DNA of 64,000 bases from Chiloscyllium plagiosum. Lineage: Eukaryota. The notes beneath the pieces were generated by a model, which saw only the letters and a program-made list of their open reading frames with translations, was not told the DNA's origin and made no database searches. The DNA lies in contig NC_057718.1 in the NCBI RefSeq assembly GCF_004010195.1, positions 91,473,145 through 91,537,144 on the forward strand. The letters are read 5' to 3'. Within the stretch, counting starts at the first letter, position 1; the number at the start of each line of letters is the position of its first letter. This document shows positions 1 to 13,934 of the stretch, piece by piece. The translations under genes and the position numbers were made by a program.

Positions 1-129
1 AAAAAAGAAGAGCCTTTAATTCAATGTTTCTCTTTTTACGGTAACTATGGTTTCAGAGTTACTGTTTGAGAAGCTGCCATGGAATTGTTGGATTATGATA
101 ACTCCAAACACAAAATCGTTTCTCAGTCA

Positions 130-232
130 GTCATAGAGTCAAACAGCATGGAAACAGACCCTTTGGTCCAACGAGTTCACGCCAACCATAATCTCAAACT
201 AAACTAGTCCCACCTGTGTGCACCTGGCCCAT
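130..232 (-). mobile_element. CR1 LINE 3' tail fragment
   Basis: gtcatagagtc...acagcatggaaacagaccctttggtccaac matches the reverse-complement 3' UTR of the CR1 copy at 18475-21505. Confidence 0.6.
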
Positions 233-2074
233 CATTACCAATTATATGAAGGTAGTGTTGAGTGCAGTATAAAACTATATAGATCAGTCTCAAGCTTGGA
301 TATAATGTTCTCTGAGCTGAAAGAGTATCCGAATAATCCTTGGATAGGTTTCTCCTTAAAAGTGAGTTACTTGGTTTTGCTCCTGGAATGCCAGTTGTGG
401 TCAGTTCCTCAGATTAGGATGGGAATTCTTTAGAAAACAACTAAAACTGTCTGGCAGGACTTGACAGTACCTTTAAAAGACACTCCAGTATGTGACAGGG
501 TGACTGTCACCACTTCAACTTGGGAAGAAAGCTTGAAAGCTGAAAAAGATATGGTAGAGGAGACTCTCAATGGGAATGGTGATTAAATAAATGTGGACAT
601 AAATTTGCTTTGTGCCAAGAACTGATACATAGGAGGTAAACAGAAAAATATAATTTCCATATCCACCTTCAGGCTTGGACACTACAGGGATTGCCTATTA
701 TTCATGCATATCTATAATTGTGCCTAAATTACTATTTTGTGGTTTGTTCTTAAAAAAATGAAAGTAATAATTTCTAAACTAAAATTTTGTTTCAACATGA
801 TATAGCAGTGTAGTCTTCAATTAGTGATAACTACCAGAGAACTCTCAGCGCAGAAATAATGTGCCAGATGATATTCACCAGGGAAAAATACCACTGGAAA
901 AATACAGCTCAAAAATCATCCAGTTAGACAAATGATCTAGCTCCTTTATAAGACCATATACACATGTATAAACCTTTAGCTTTTTATTATGTAAAACACT
1001 TATTTTTAAAACTCAACTGAATTCCAGTCAGCATTGAAAGATAGCATCCTTATTCTCCTCTTATTTAAAACAGGCTAAAAAAATAAACAAATGTACAATT
1101 AATAATTGCATGTTGTAATAAAGAAAAGGCTGTTTCTGCATTTCACAGGCCTGTCTGTGTGCCTGCAAGTAGCAATAGGAGAATATTGATCAAATTCACT
1201 ATGCTACTCACTTATGTTGTGTTTTGAGTACGTTGTATTCAATTCTCCTGGTCATTGAATTTGATTAGTTAGTTCTGGGTGTGGACTCAAAGAAGTAAAT
1301 TCTTTGTTTGGGATATGGTATTGAGGTAGATGATCAGCCAGTATTTAGAAAGGGTGAATGACCTATTCCTGCTCCTGTGCATATTTTGGAACCTTCAGTT
1401 GAAAATTTGAGAAGGTGTGATGTGTGATCCATGCTCAACAAGACAAGTAAATTGTACAAGTTGCTCGAAGCTGCAGCTGTCAATATGGAGCAGACATTTT
1501 AAATCATGTGAATAAAAATTATATATGTAGAAACTAGAGTTATCTCTGCATAGCTGAGATACAAAATATAAACCAAATGTAGCAAAACAATCTTGAAGCT
1601 AATGACGTAGAAATTCTTGACAAACAATGTTAATACCTGCCTTAAGAAGTGGGTTTAAGATGAGTGGCAAGCAGTTATGGACAGTTGTCTTGAGTGAAAG
1701 GAGTAAACTGACTCCTGGGATCTGACATTCTCAGGGAGGTTCAAACAACAAGTCCCCTTAGAAGTGTAGAGATTAGAGAACGATTCTCATGTTCCAAATC
1801 ACGCTCATTGAACTCAGTTGGAGAGAATTGGAGGTTTGCCACTGGACCAATTTCAAACTTGTTAGGTCCCAGAACTCAACTAGCGTGGACCAAGCCCCCT
1901 TTTACAAACCGATAACTCATCCAAACTGGCACCGCACTTCAACTTCCAGCCAGCCAGGCCCCAGCTTTTACACAGACAGCCACCCCCAGACTCAGACCTT
2001 TGCAACTGGCCAGATGGCAGTCTTAAACTTACTTGGTTCAGATTCAGTCCACTGCTCGACCTACCATTAAAAAA

Positions 2075-2240
2075 AAATCTGCATTTATGTTTGCTTTTCA
2101 TGACTAATGCACATCTCAAAAAGCTTTGGTGTTATTTAAATACTTGAAAAGTGTCATTATTATAATATAGGAAATGTGGCAGCCAATTTGCGCACAGTAA
2201 ACTCTTACATTCAACAATGAGAGAACATATAATTCCTGAA
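2075..2240 (-). mobile_element. Deu-domain SINE fragment (SacSINE1/AmnSINE-like)
   Basis: taggaaatgtggcagccaatttgcgcacag is the reverse complement of the Deu-SINE core also seen at 41760-42070. Confidence 0.55.
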
Positions 2241-3912
2241 GTCAGTCAGAAGTTTCTTGTATGCATGTTTACACTGTAGATGCTTTGTACTGCACATATG
2301 CAGTTTTTCCAATCCATATTGTTGTAAGAAGACATCTTTCTATAGCACAGTGGTGCCAGTAAGAATGCGAACATGTACATATCAGCAGCCAGGAATATCT
2401 GTTGTCATCAGACAGTGGCAGTCATATGATGTCATCAGACACTAATTATTGGGATTTTTGAAACTTTAATATCGCTTTGGTAGAGCCTCCAAATTGAAAG
2501 TTTGGAGATTTTAAGTTAACTTCAACCCAGAAACTCATTTCAGATGCAAGTATTTGGGAATGCACCTGTTAGTTATTAATTTATAATTTATTGTACTTAC
2601 TTAAAAGTCAGAACTTGCTATTTGCGAGAGGTCCCTTGCCTTAGGACCGTTGTTGTGGACCTGAATCTCAGTCAATCTCTCATGCTGCTTCATCTCAAAT
2701 TGCTTCACTGTCACTCTCAAAGCTTCTCTGGTTCTAATTATGTGCATGCTTGAATTATATTTAGCATTTTAATGTTACTTCCACTAAACATGTCTACACA
2801 TCCACTGCTTTCCATCTCCTGACCATGTGCTCTGGCTTACCAGATGTATCTTCAACATCATGCGTCATGGCCAGGAATTGATATTCCTGCATTAGAGTTC
2901 AGTTCCCTTTCACCCCTAGAGCTGATGTTGATCCCCAAATTCTGCATTGTTTTTGTTCATTTAATGCTTCCCTTGTGGTCTATCTGTGGTAGACCTGAGT
3001 TGCCGATGTCCGTGATTGAACCACTGACAAATGCAGGACCAAGAATGAAGTTCTGTTGACGGTTTGAAGAACTTCGCAGCAAACTTGAATACAAAACCAC
3101 TCAGATTTTAAATACCTGGACTGTTCATTGACTTTCCACCTTATTTGTTAGATATTGTGTCATAGGCTCTGAGACAGTTTTAATTTCAAAATGCCATGTG
3201 ACTAACAACAGACTGTATCAATTTGCAACATTTTGTACATGCTATTAATGCTCTGGATTCAGAATGTTCACAATTCTGATGCCAGGAGACAGACCTCAAC
3301 CAGAATGAAATGCAAAAGGTAGAAGAGTTGGTCAAGATGCAAACCAGGAACAAGCCACAATTATATATTGTAGACACTCTATAAGTCAAGCAAATAACAT
3401 CCAGTTTATTACACTCATGACACGGACAATGAAATCCCATTTGGAGACCTTTCTTGAATTGTTGCTGTGGAGCGGGTGCACAAAATCAACAAAGATATCA
3501 ATTGGTGACAGGGTGGCAAAGTTAAACTTGCTGCCTCCAAATCAGGTTCTGGGACACCACCATCTCACTTAATTATTTTAGCTTTCTGCTTCTAGGACTG
3601 GGAGATTACATCCAATCTATTAAAACACAGCCAGATTATCACTCACAATATTCCCAAATTAGAGGATCATAAGCTCTTATTTCCCCCAACAAGCAGTCAG
3701 AATTTTAAATGTTTCAATAAGATTATCTCTCACTCTTCTAAATGGGAAGGTGCATCGACCCAAAGGTTAAACTGTTAACCTTTCCTCATGAGACAAATCC
3801 CTCATCGCAGGAATCAGACTAGTTATTCGTTGTTGAATTGCTTCCAAAGCAAGTATGTCTGGTTTTAAGGAAGGTGACCAAAATTATACATAGTATACCA
3901 ACTGTGGTCTTA

Positions 3913-6900
3913 AGACTAAAGAGGTAAATGTATCACTCAAAGATCGGTCTGGGAGAAAAGGATTTGAATTCATGGGACACTGCTGCTGGTACTGGCGAAG
4001 GAGGAATTGTTTGATGGGTTGGATTCCACCTGAATCATGCCGGGATCAGAGTCCTGTCAAATTGAATATTTAGGGCTGTGGTCAGGGCTTTAAATTAAAT
4101 AGTGAGGAATGGGTTCGGTTGGATGGAAACTTATGGAAAAATTTTAAGTGGAAAAGGCAGAGGTTTTTAAAGTATTCAGAACAAGTAATAGTACAGAGAG
4201 TATAGAAAGGATCAGGAATCTAGCTTTAGGCAGGGCAGATAGGAGGACAATCATGAGAAGGGGGCAGTCACCACAAGTCTGAGGGTGTTGTACTTATATC
4301 CATGCAAAGTACGAAACAAGGTAACTGAGCTTGTAGCACAGATGGAAATCGACAGGTGCAAAGTGGTGGGTATCAGAGAGATGTGGCTGCAAGGGGATCA
4401 GCGCTGGGAATTAAATATAAAAGTATACACATTCCACTGAAACGTCAGGAAAATGGGCAAAAGGGGGCAGGTTGCCTTGTTCGTAAGAAGTGAAATTAAA
4501 TAGATAGCAAGGATTGATATAGTTGGACAGTGAAGAATCCGTGTGGGTCGAGTTGAGGAATAGCAAAGGAGGAAGGACCCTGATGGGAGGGATGTATAGG
4601 TCTCTTAGTTGTAGTCAGGAGATAGAAAAGACATGCAAGCAAGGCTTTATTACAATAATTACAAGAGACTTCAAAATACAGTTGTATTGGGAAAATGTGG
4701 TTGATTGTGGATCTTGAGGCACAGAATTCATGGAATGTCTACAAGATTTTTTTTGGAGCAGCTTGTGGTAGAGCCCACTGGGGAACAGGAAATTCCGGAT
4801 TTCGTGATATATAATGAGGCAGGTTACCATAATGTGATAGAATTCACCCTGCAGTTTGAGATGGCGGAAGCTAGAATCAGATATAACAGTATCACAATTG
4901 AGTAAAGGTAACTATGAAGACGTGAGGGAGGAGCTGGCCAGAGTTGATTGTAAGGGGAGCCGAGCAGGGAAGAAGGTAGAGCAGCAATGACAAGAGTTTC
5001 AGGGGGTAGTTTGGGAGGCATGGCAGGAATTCATCCCAAAGAAGAAGAAACATACTAAGAGGAGGATGAGACAATCGTGGCTGATAAAGGAAGTCAGGGA
5101 CAGCACAAAAGCAAAATAAAAAGCATCCAATGTGGTGAAGATTAGTGAGAAACCAAAGGATTTGGAAGTCTTTAAAAACTAGCAGAGGATAACTAAAAAA
5201 AAATAAAAGTGGGAAAAGATAAAATATAAATTTAAGCTAGCAAGATATATAAAAGAAAATTACAAGAGTTTTTTATTTGAAGTATCTAAAAAGTAAGAGA
5301 GAGGCAAGAGTGGAAGCTGGACCAATGAAAAATGAGGCTGGAGAAGTAGTAATGGGGAACAAAGAAATGGCAGAGGAACTGAATAGATAGTTTTCACAGT
5401 GGAAAACATCAGCAGCATATCAGAACTTCAAGAGAGTCGGGGGCAGAATTGAGTGTAATGGCCATCAGAAGGTGCTGGGAAAGCTGAAAGGTCTGAAGAT
5501 GGACAGATCACCTGGACTAGATGGACTACACTCCAGAGTTCTGAAGGAGATAGCAAAGGAGATTGTAGAGACATTGGTGATAATCTTTCAAGAATCACTG
5601 GCGTCAGGGAGGGTCTCAGAGGATGAAAAATGGCTGATGTAACACCCTTGTTTAAGAAAGGAGGGAGGGAGAACTCAGGAAACTACAGGTTAGTTAGCCT
5701 GACCTCAGTCATTGCTAACATTTTAGAGTCCATTATTAGGGATGAGATTGCTGAGTACTTGAAAGTGGACGGTAAAATAGGGCAGAGTCAACTCAATGTT
5801 GTCAAGGGGAGGTCATGCCTGCCAAATCTGTTAGAATATTTTGAGGAGGTTATGAGCAAATTAGACAAAGGAGTGGACATGATCTATTTGGATTTTCAGA
5901 AGGTCTCTGACATGGTGGGACACACAGGAGATTGCTAAAAAAGAGCCTGTGGTATTAGGGGCATGAATTGGCTGACTGGCAGAAAGCAGAAAGTCGGGAT
6001 AAAGGAGTTTTTTCAGGATGGCAGCAGTGACTAGTGGAGTTCTGCAGGGGTCTGTCAGGGCCTCAATTATGCATATTAAACATTAATAATCTGAACGTGA
6101 GACAGGAATTGGGAAGCTGCAGAAGGTGTTGGCCAGGCTAGGAAAGTGGGCGAAGTAGCAGATGGAATAGAATGTGGGGAAGTGTCAGGATATGCATTTT
6201 GATAAGAAGAATAGATGTGTAGCCTATTTTTTTAAACAGGGAAAAGGCTTTGAAATCTGAAGCACAAAGGGACTTGAGAGAGCTTATTCAGGATTCTCTG
6301 AAGGTTAGCATGCAGGTTCAGCTGGCAGTTAGGAAGGCAAATGCAATCTTTATATTCATTGCGAGAGGGCTAGAATACAAGAGCAGAGATGCATTACTGG
6401 GGCTGTGTAAGGCTCCGTCAGACTGCATTTGGAATATTGAGAGTAGTTTTGGGTCCTGTATCTAAGGAAGGATATCCTGGCATTGGAGAGGGTTCAGAGA
6501 AGGTTTTCAAGAATGACCCCAGGAATGAAGGACTTATCATATGAGAAGTGAAAGAGGGTTCTGGGTCTATATTGGATGGAGTTTAGAAGGATGGGGATGG
6601 AAGGTTGGTGTGGTCTCATTGGAACTTACACAATTCTGAAAGGCCTGGATAGAGTGGACGTAGAGAAGATGTTTCCACTAGTGTGAAAGACTAGCATCTG
6701 AGGGCAGAGCATCAGAGTGATGGGACTGCCCTTTAGAACTGAGTTGAGGAGGAATTTCTTCAGCCAAAGCATGGTTAATTGGTGGAACTCATTGTCGCAG
6801 AAGATTGTGGAGACCAAATCATTGAGTGTATTTAAGACAGAGATAGATAATTATTGATTAGTAAAGGGATCAAGGATTATGGTAGAAGGCAGGAAAATGA

Positions 6901-6980
6901 GGTTGAGAAATATACTAGCCACGATTGAATGGCGGAAAAGACTCAATGGGCCGAGTGGCCTAATTTTGCTCCTATTTTTT
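3913..6980 (+). mobile_element. Long decayed CR1 LINE: ORF1 esterase end, ORF2 endonuclease and reverse transcriptase, 3' UTR
   Basis: Frame remnants ESVWVELRNSKGGRTLMGGMYR (endonuclease) and ADVTPLFKKGGRENSGNYRLVSLTSV...DMIYLDFQK (RT); many stops and frameshifts; tail ...gggccgagtggcctaattttgctcctat. Confidence 0.9.
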
Positions 6981-7104
6981 AATGACCTTTTTAAATTGTC
7001 TTACTAACATAGATAGCTTTGTTTATTTTCTCTTTTTGCACCATAATTTTGTGATTTATTGTTAAAACATTTGCAGCCTCATGTGAATATGACTAACCAG
7101 CTTA

Positions 7105-8040
7105 GAGTCATACAGCATGAAACAGGCCCTCTGGCCAAAACTAGTTCATGCTGACCACGGTGCCTACTCAGCTAGCTCCAACTGCCCGCATGTGGTCCAT
7201 GTCCCTCTAAACCCTTCCTATCCATGTACCTCTCCAATTTTTTTTTTTACATGTTGCTATGTTTCCTGCCTCAACCATTTTCTCTAGCAGCCCATACCAT
7301 ACAGGCACCACTCTCTGCGTGAAGAAGTTGCCTCTCAGACACTTCTTAAATCTTGCCCCTCGCCTTAAATCTATGCCCTCTAGTTTTCAATTCCCCACCG
7401 CTGGGAAAAAGTCTGTATGTAATCTCCTATCTATGCCCCTCATGATTTTATACACCTCAATAATGTCACCCCTCATTCTCCTACATTCCAAGAAATATCC
7501 TGGCCAACCTCTATAACTCAGGCCTACCAGCCCTGGCAACATTCTTGTAAATATCTTTGCACTCTTTCCACTTTAACTATGTCTTTCCTATAACAGGGTG
7601 ACCAAAACTGTACACAATACTCCAAGTGCAGCCTCACCAACGACTTAGACAATTGTAACATAATGTCCCAACTCCTTACTCAATGCCTCAAACAATGAAA
7701 GCCAGCATGCTAAATGCATTTTTCACCACCCTGTCTACCTGTGATGTGCTTTCAAAGAACCATGTACTTGTACTCCTAGGTCCCTCTGTTCCATAACACT
7801 CCTCAGGACCTTAACCATTTACTGTATAAGTCCTACCTTGGTTCGACTTTCCAAAGTGCAATACCTCACATTTATCGATATTGAATTGCATTTGTCAATC
7901 CTCAGTCCACTTCCCTATCTCATCAAGATTCCGCTGTAATTTTTGATAACCTTCCTCACTATCAATGATACCTCCTAATTTTATATATACTAATTATGCC
8001 TTGTACATTCACAGCCAAATCATTTATGTAAATATCAACA
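7105..8040 (-). mobile_element. 5'-truncated CR1 LINE (RT C-terminus and 3' UTR)
   Basis: Begins gagtcatacagcatgaaacaggccct; body resembles the reverse complement of CR1 55300-56160. Confidence 0.85.
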
Positions 8041-8349
8041 TGGCAGTCATGTAGCAAAAACTCATCACACCTCAAACAAGATTTCACTTTGAGATATGAC
8101 TTGTCTCATATTACCATCAGTGAGGATCATCACAACACAAATAATGAACCCTGAGTAGCCCTGCTACTTCCAAACTGAGACCATACGTCAGGTCTCAAAC
8201 TGGGAAAGACTGCATCGACCTGCATAATCATTGTTGGAGTTGCAGGTAGCTTTGTCATTTTGATGGTTGCAGAACTATGAAATGGAAAAATTCTGAGACA
8301 TTTGTAACCCAACTTTTGGTACATGTTCATTGTTTAGACACCACAAAGG

Positions 8350-8622
8350 ACGGTTAAAAGTCTTCCATGCAAGTGTGGGGTTGGTGTCACATATAGGCCA
8401 GGCCAGCAGGTTTCCTCCCTGGAAAGGTATTATTGGCTTCTAGTCAGGGTTTGATAATAATTCAACATCTTCATTATTATTGATGTTGCTTTTCATTTCT
8501 TGATATTTTAAGAAAAGTGATCTCAAATTCTCAAACTGAAGTTTGAATTGAACTTCCTTTAAATTAATAATCAAGGATTCTGGATTATTAGTCCAGACAT
8601 ATATCACCTACACCACCATATC
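8350..8622 (-). mobile_element. tRNA-derived SINE, decayed
   Basis: ctggattattagtccag...tcacctacaccacc; similar copies at 37895-38225 (-) and 50320-50490 (+). Confidence 0.5.
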
Positions 8623-8807
8623 TCTAACACCTGCCTTAATTGCTGCTGTAACTGCCTAACATAAAACTTTGTTGCACGCTACTTGTGCTCCTTAGGTACA
8701 ACAATTTTACATCAATTTCTATTAATGAAATACTTACATTTCAGAACACACAGGAGGTTGGCTGAATCATTTGGAGCGAACGCATGTAGGCGTAGGACCA
8801 TCATACA

Positions 8808-9352
8808 GATTAGATTAGATTAGATGCCCTACAGTGTGGAAACAGGCCCTTCGGCCCAACAGGTTCTGTAGTTGATTAAGTGACAGTTGCATCTGGTCAT
8901 CTCTTGCCTGACACTGTTGAATACTCTCCATGTGGCTCAATCAGTTCAGCTGCAAAAACACTCAAGAGGTTTGACACCATTCAGGATGAAGGAACGCACT
9001 TAAATGTTACTTCAACAGTAGCAGCACTGTTCACCGTATACAAAGTACACGCCAGCAATTCAACAAGGCTCTTTTGACAACTTCTGCCAGTTAGGATGAA
9101 AAGGACATCAGATGCACAGGACCACCACTGGCAGCAAGATTCCTTTAAACCATGCACCATCCTCACTTGGAACTACATTGTTGGTTTTTCACTATTGCTG
9201 AGTCAAAATCCCGAAACTCCCTTCTCAACAGCACTATTGGCAGACTAATAGTAGAATGGGCATACCTACACCACATGGATTCAGCTGAAGCTTCTAAATA
9301 ACCTCTCAAGAACAGTTAGGGACAGGCAATAAATGTTGGCCTGTCAGTGATG
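8808..9352. mobile_element. HE1-like SINE tail (ttaga repeat, -) followed by a CR1 3' fragment (+)
   Basis: (ttaga)n ccctacagtgtggaaacaggcccttcggcccaaca, then KTLKRFDTIQD and tail ttagggacaggcaataaatgttggcc. Confidence 0.6.
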
Positions 9353-9729
9353 AAAAAATAATGAAAAACTAACATCCTGATTTCTCAATATCTTCAATGC
9401 TTGAGCTCTATTCAACTATTACCACTTCCACCTTTTTTTCACCATACTTTTTCGATCACCAAGAGCCCTGGATTGTAAAATAACCATCAGGCCTCAGGCT
9501 TTACTCAGCCTTCTCCATCATAATTGTACATAACTATGTAACTCAAGTACTACTTTGTGTCTATTATATGTGCATTTTGGCTATTTTCCTGGAACAGCCA
9601 CAATTAACCTCCTTCCTTTTTTTGCATATTGCCTCTAATTCCTGTTCTCTATCTCTCTTCCTGTTCTTAATTCACTCATTGCTACACTGCTCTGACTTTC
9701 TCTTATGCTACTTCTGCACAATTCAGTCC

Positions 9730-11710
9730 ATGATTTTATCATTTATTGCAAGGGAAAAGATTTATAAAAGTAGGAATGCTTTGCTAAACTTGTACAGGAC
9801 ACTGGTGAGACCACATCTGGAGTATTGTGCAAGTTTTGGTCTCTTGCTTAAGAAAAATTAAAAATACATTGGAAGCAGTTAAGCAATGGCTTTAGGATTG
9901 GGTAGCAGTATACTATCTTAGGAAATGTAGGACAGTTGGGCCTTTATCCACTGAAGTTTGGAAAAATGAGAATCGATCTAATTGTTTCTAAGAGAACTTG
10001 ATCATGTAGATGCTTCTTGTGGTAAGGACTGAAGCCAGCAATACAATTTAAAAATAACAGGTCATCCATTTAAGATGGAGATGAAGTAAATCATTTTTCT
10101 CAGAGTATGATGGACATTTTTTCAGACAGTGGTAGGTAAATTTTTGAAGCACAAGGGAGTCAAAGGTTAACAGGGTAGGTCAGAAGTGAAGTTGGGTCTC
10201 AATCAGATCAACATAGTAGTGGGAAGTTGCATGTGGAGACTGAAGAGATTGGGGAGACACTGAATGAATACTTTTCGTCAGTATTCAAAGTGAGGACTGC
10301 AGATGCTGGAGATCAGAGCTGAAAAATGTGTTGCTGGAAAAGCATAGCAGGTCAGGCAGCATCAAAGGAGCAGAAGAATTCTTCTTCAAGAGCTTATGCC
10401 CGAAGCGTCGATTCTCCTGCTCCTTTGATGCTGCCTGACCTGCTATGCTTTTCCAGCAACACATTTTTCAGCTCTGATCTCCAGCATCTGCAGTCCTCAC
10501 TTTCTCCTCCTTGGTCTGATAAGGGGCAAGTAACATTCATGCCACACAAATATCAGACTATGACCATCACCAATAAGTCACAATCTAACCACTGCCCCTT
10601 GGCATTCAATGGTGTACCATCAATGAATCCCCCACTCCAACTCCAAAACAACTCCAACCACTCCAATCTCCTCATAGCTACAATTCTCCAGCCTTGGCAA
10701 TACTGTAGTAAATCTCTCTGCACTCTCTCCAGAGCAATTATGTCCTTCCTGTAATGTGGTCAACAAAACTGCACACAATACTCAAGTTGAGGTCTTATAC
10801 GGACTCATAAGTATCTTATATAGTTTCATCATCTCATCCCTACTTTTGCATTCTATACCTATGCCAATGAAGGACAGCATTCCAAATGCAATCTTTGCAA
10901 CCTTATCTACCTGTACTGTTCCCTTTAGGGACCTGTGCACTTGCACACCAAGATCTCTCACTCCATCTACCCCTCTCAGTATATTCCTATTGATTGGGCA
11001 TTCGCTTTTATTGTCTGACCTCCCCAAATGTATTACTTCACACTTGTACACAGATCTTTGAAAGTTGCCACCCAGGTAAATAGTGCGGTGAAGAAGGCAT
11101 ATGGCGTACTGGCTTTTATTGGTAGAGGAATTGAGTTCTGGAGTACTGAGGTCATGTTGCAGTTGTATAAGACTCTGGTGCGTCCGCATCTGGAGTATTG
11201 TGTGCAGTTTTGGTTGCCATACTATAGGAAGGATGTGGAGTCACTGGAACGGGTGCAGAGGAGGTTTACCAGGATGTTGCCATTATGGTAGGAAGATTGT
11301 ATGAGGAAAGGCTGAGGCACTTGCGGTTGTTTTCATTGGGGAAAAGAAGGTTTAGGGGTGACTTGATAGAGGTGTATAAGATGATTAGGGGTTTAGATAG
11401 GGTCGACAGTGAGAATCTTTTTCCACGTATGGAGTCAGCTATTACAAGGGGGCACAGCTTTAAATTAAGGGGGGGTAGGTATAGGACAGATGTTAGGGGT
11501 AGGTTCTTTACTCAGCGAGTTGTGAGTTCATGGAATGCCCTGCCAGTAGCAGTGGTGGACTCTCCCTCATTATGGGCATTTAGGTGGGCTTGGATCGGCG
11601 CAACATCGAGGGCCGAAGGGCCTGTACTGCGCTGTATTCTTCTATGTTCTATGATTTAATTGGGGAGCAGAGCGGGCTCAAAGGGTCAAATGGCCTACTC
11701 TAGTATGGGC
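9730..11710 (+). mobile_element. Old CR1 3' end split by a composite insertion (10214-11654) that ends in a young CR1 3' end
   Basis: LLNLYRTLVRPHLEYCA at 9780-9830; old tail ...aatcagatcaacat resumes at about 11652 as atgatttaattggggagcag; young CR1 at 11044-11654 has nearly open RT frames (VHRSLKVATQV...RHLRLFSLGKRRFRGDLIEVYK). Confidence 0.85.
10288..10510. mobile_element. Penelope-derived palindromic unit, family A
   Basis: aaagtgaggactgcagatgctggagatcagagctg... is a near-perfect inverted repeat of ...cagctctgatctccagcatctgcagtcctcacttt; degenerate hammerhead remnant (gagcttatgcccgaagcgtc) at the centre. Confidence 0.85.
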
Positions 11711-12394
11711 TTTCTAGCACTGTATTTCAGACTACTTTGCTGCAAACAAGATAGTTTTCTTGCTCTGGGAAATAACTCTGTAATCTCAACCCTTCTCTGT
11801 CTCTCACCTCCCCTTTCCTTTCAAAATACATCTGCTATTTATCCTTCTTTACATTTCAAATCAGCCTTTGGTCTTGAAAAGAATGAATGCTTTTACTAAT
11901 ATTCTTTCTGATATATTTTCAAAGCTCCCAAATTCCCATCTTTTGGTATTCTACACATCTTAGCAAATCTATTACATTCAGAAGGGGAATTACTTCACCG
12001 GCCTTTTTTTCTAAGCTTCTCAACATCTTCCATTCCCAATATTTTCCTCAAAACAAGTCTGGCCTCTCTGTCTTTTAGTGGATGACTGACATTGAAGTGC
12101 ATTTAATCCACAACTGACTGCATGGGTTGATTGTCTAAAAAATGTGCTGCTCACCTTTCTTCATGAAGATTTACAAACTATTCTTGGAAGAGCCGCAGCA
12201 GGAGGTAGGCAATGATAATCCCAGGTTTCTATTCCTAACAATAATCAATTCCTCCAAAACCTTTCATTTTGATTTCATCATTTTAACCTCAAATACCAAA
12301 TGCGAAGTTCTCACAGAGTTCTCCATCTCAACGGTCAAAATTAACTGTTAAGCCGAGTCCTACCCCTAAATCTTCTAATTGTCTTCATTACTTG

Positions 12395-12668
12395 CAGAAG
12401 ATACAGAAGCTTCAACACATGCACCAGCAGGTTCAGGAACAGTTCCTTCCTGGCAGTTATTAGACTGATGAATGGACCCTCTAATGGCAAATAATGCTGA
12501 TCTTGCTACAAATAATCTTAGTGCACACCCTGCGCAATGTAACCTGTATGCCTTTGCTCAAATTTTTTTGTCACCCTTTGATCTACATATCCTTGTTTAT
12601 TATATTCTGCCTATACTGCTCGTAAACAAAGATTTTCACTGTACTTAGGTATACATGACAATCAAACA
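12395..12668 (+). mobile_element. Rex-Babar LINE 3' end
   Basis: gcagaagatacagaagcttcaacacatgcaccagcaggttcaggaacag (RRYRS...RFRNS); same family as 49755-50125. Confidence 0.65.
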
Positions 12669-13215
12669 ATCTCTCCCAAGATACTTTTGTCCAATCCTAA
12701 ATTCATGTACAGCCTATTCACTATCAATGACTTCATACTTATTTTGAATCAAGTTCCTAATTCTTATCTTTGCCTTACCCCTCTGCACTTCTGAAATATC
12801 ATTCAGCTCCATACCATGCCTGCCTGTAAGCATATTTCTCTTTATTTCTGTTTCAACCACACAGTCTTCAGCCTGCTTTATCCACAGGCCAATAGGCCTG
12901 TGCCTTTGTGTGGTGATTTCCCTCTGTTGATTCCTTCAAACCCCTCGTCAAACACTATCTCTTTGATCTATTTGTGGTCAGCATTCCTCAACCTTTATTG
13001 TTTGGTGTCAGAAGTCCTATATAATTGATAACTTTTTGAAACCATCTCTTGGAGAATACCGTACAGAATGAATATATTTATGCTTCCATGCAAATATATT
13101 CAGTGATAGTACTATTTTATGGAAAAGTGATTTTAGCAGAGCACTGTTTGTAAATGAAAAATCATGGAACATGCACTTTTACATCTATTGTTGTACGCAA
13201 ACTCATTACTGGAAG

Positions 13216-13734
13216 ATTTGGGATGTTGCAAATGTTCTTCTAAGTGCACTTATTAATTGCTAGCTCTGGACTTGTTCAGAAAAAGCATGTAATCATATCT
13301 CAAGAACTGAAACTAAAACATGTTTGTACCGTGTGCCAGCTGAGAGTATATTCTCTGATGAGATCTTGTGAAACATTACCCTAAATGTAAAGCAAAAAAT
13401 ATGTAAAGGTAATCCAGAAAATGAAGCAATCTCAATCAATTTAAAAAAAAATACAGTAAGTTAATTGACGCCCTTTTGGTGGTGATTCTGACTTGAAATT
13501 ATCTTTTTCTTGCCAATAGTTATCAACTTGCAGTATTTTCTGTGAGATGGAATAAAATATCAAAATTCTACAGTTAGTTATTTCATGGCATGTCAGTTTC
13601 TGTTCAATTTATTAATCATAAATAGAAAGTTTTTACCTATTAAACCTTTTAGCAGTCTACTTTATAAATAACAATCCAGATGTTTCGTATAAGTATATAC
13701 CCAAGCTTCATTTATCTTAATCTCAGAATAATAA
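13216..13734 (+). repeat. Left arm of long inverted repeat
   Basis: Read base by base as the reverse complement of 14605-15134: about 17 substitutions plus one 11-nt indel over 519 bp. Confidence 0.97.
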
Positions 13735-13934
13735 TAATAATAACAACAGGTGCTGCAGTGATAAAAGGGTCTATTTTATCTTGCTGCTTGTGCCATGTTG
13801 TTCAAATTTGTCACAGATTTCAAAAGGAGTTGCTTGAATTAGAGGCTAAATTAATAAGTAACAATTATCACACCCTGCGATATAATTCATAAAAAAAATT
13901 AAACAGCTGGGATGCAGTGCACCTTAATCAGTAC

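Noticed and set aside
13356..13378. ctgatgagatcttgtgaaacatta in the inverted-repeat arm resembles a hammerhead core
   Set aside because: Stem II cannot form properly and there is no stem I complementarity; probably a chance match
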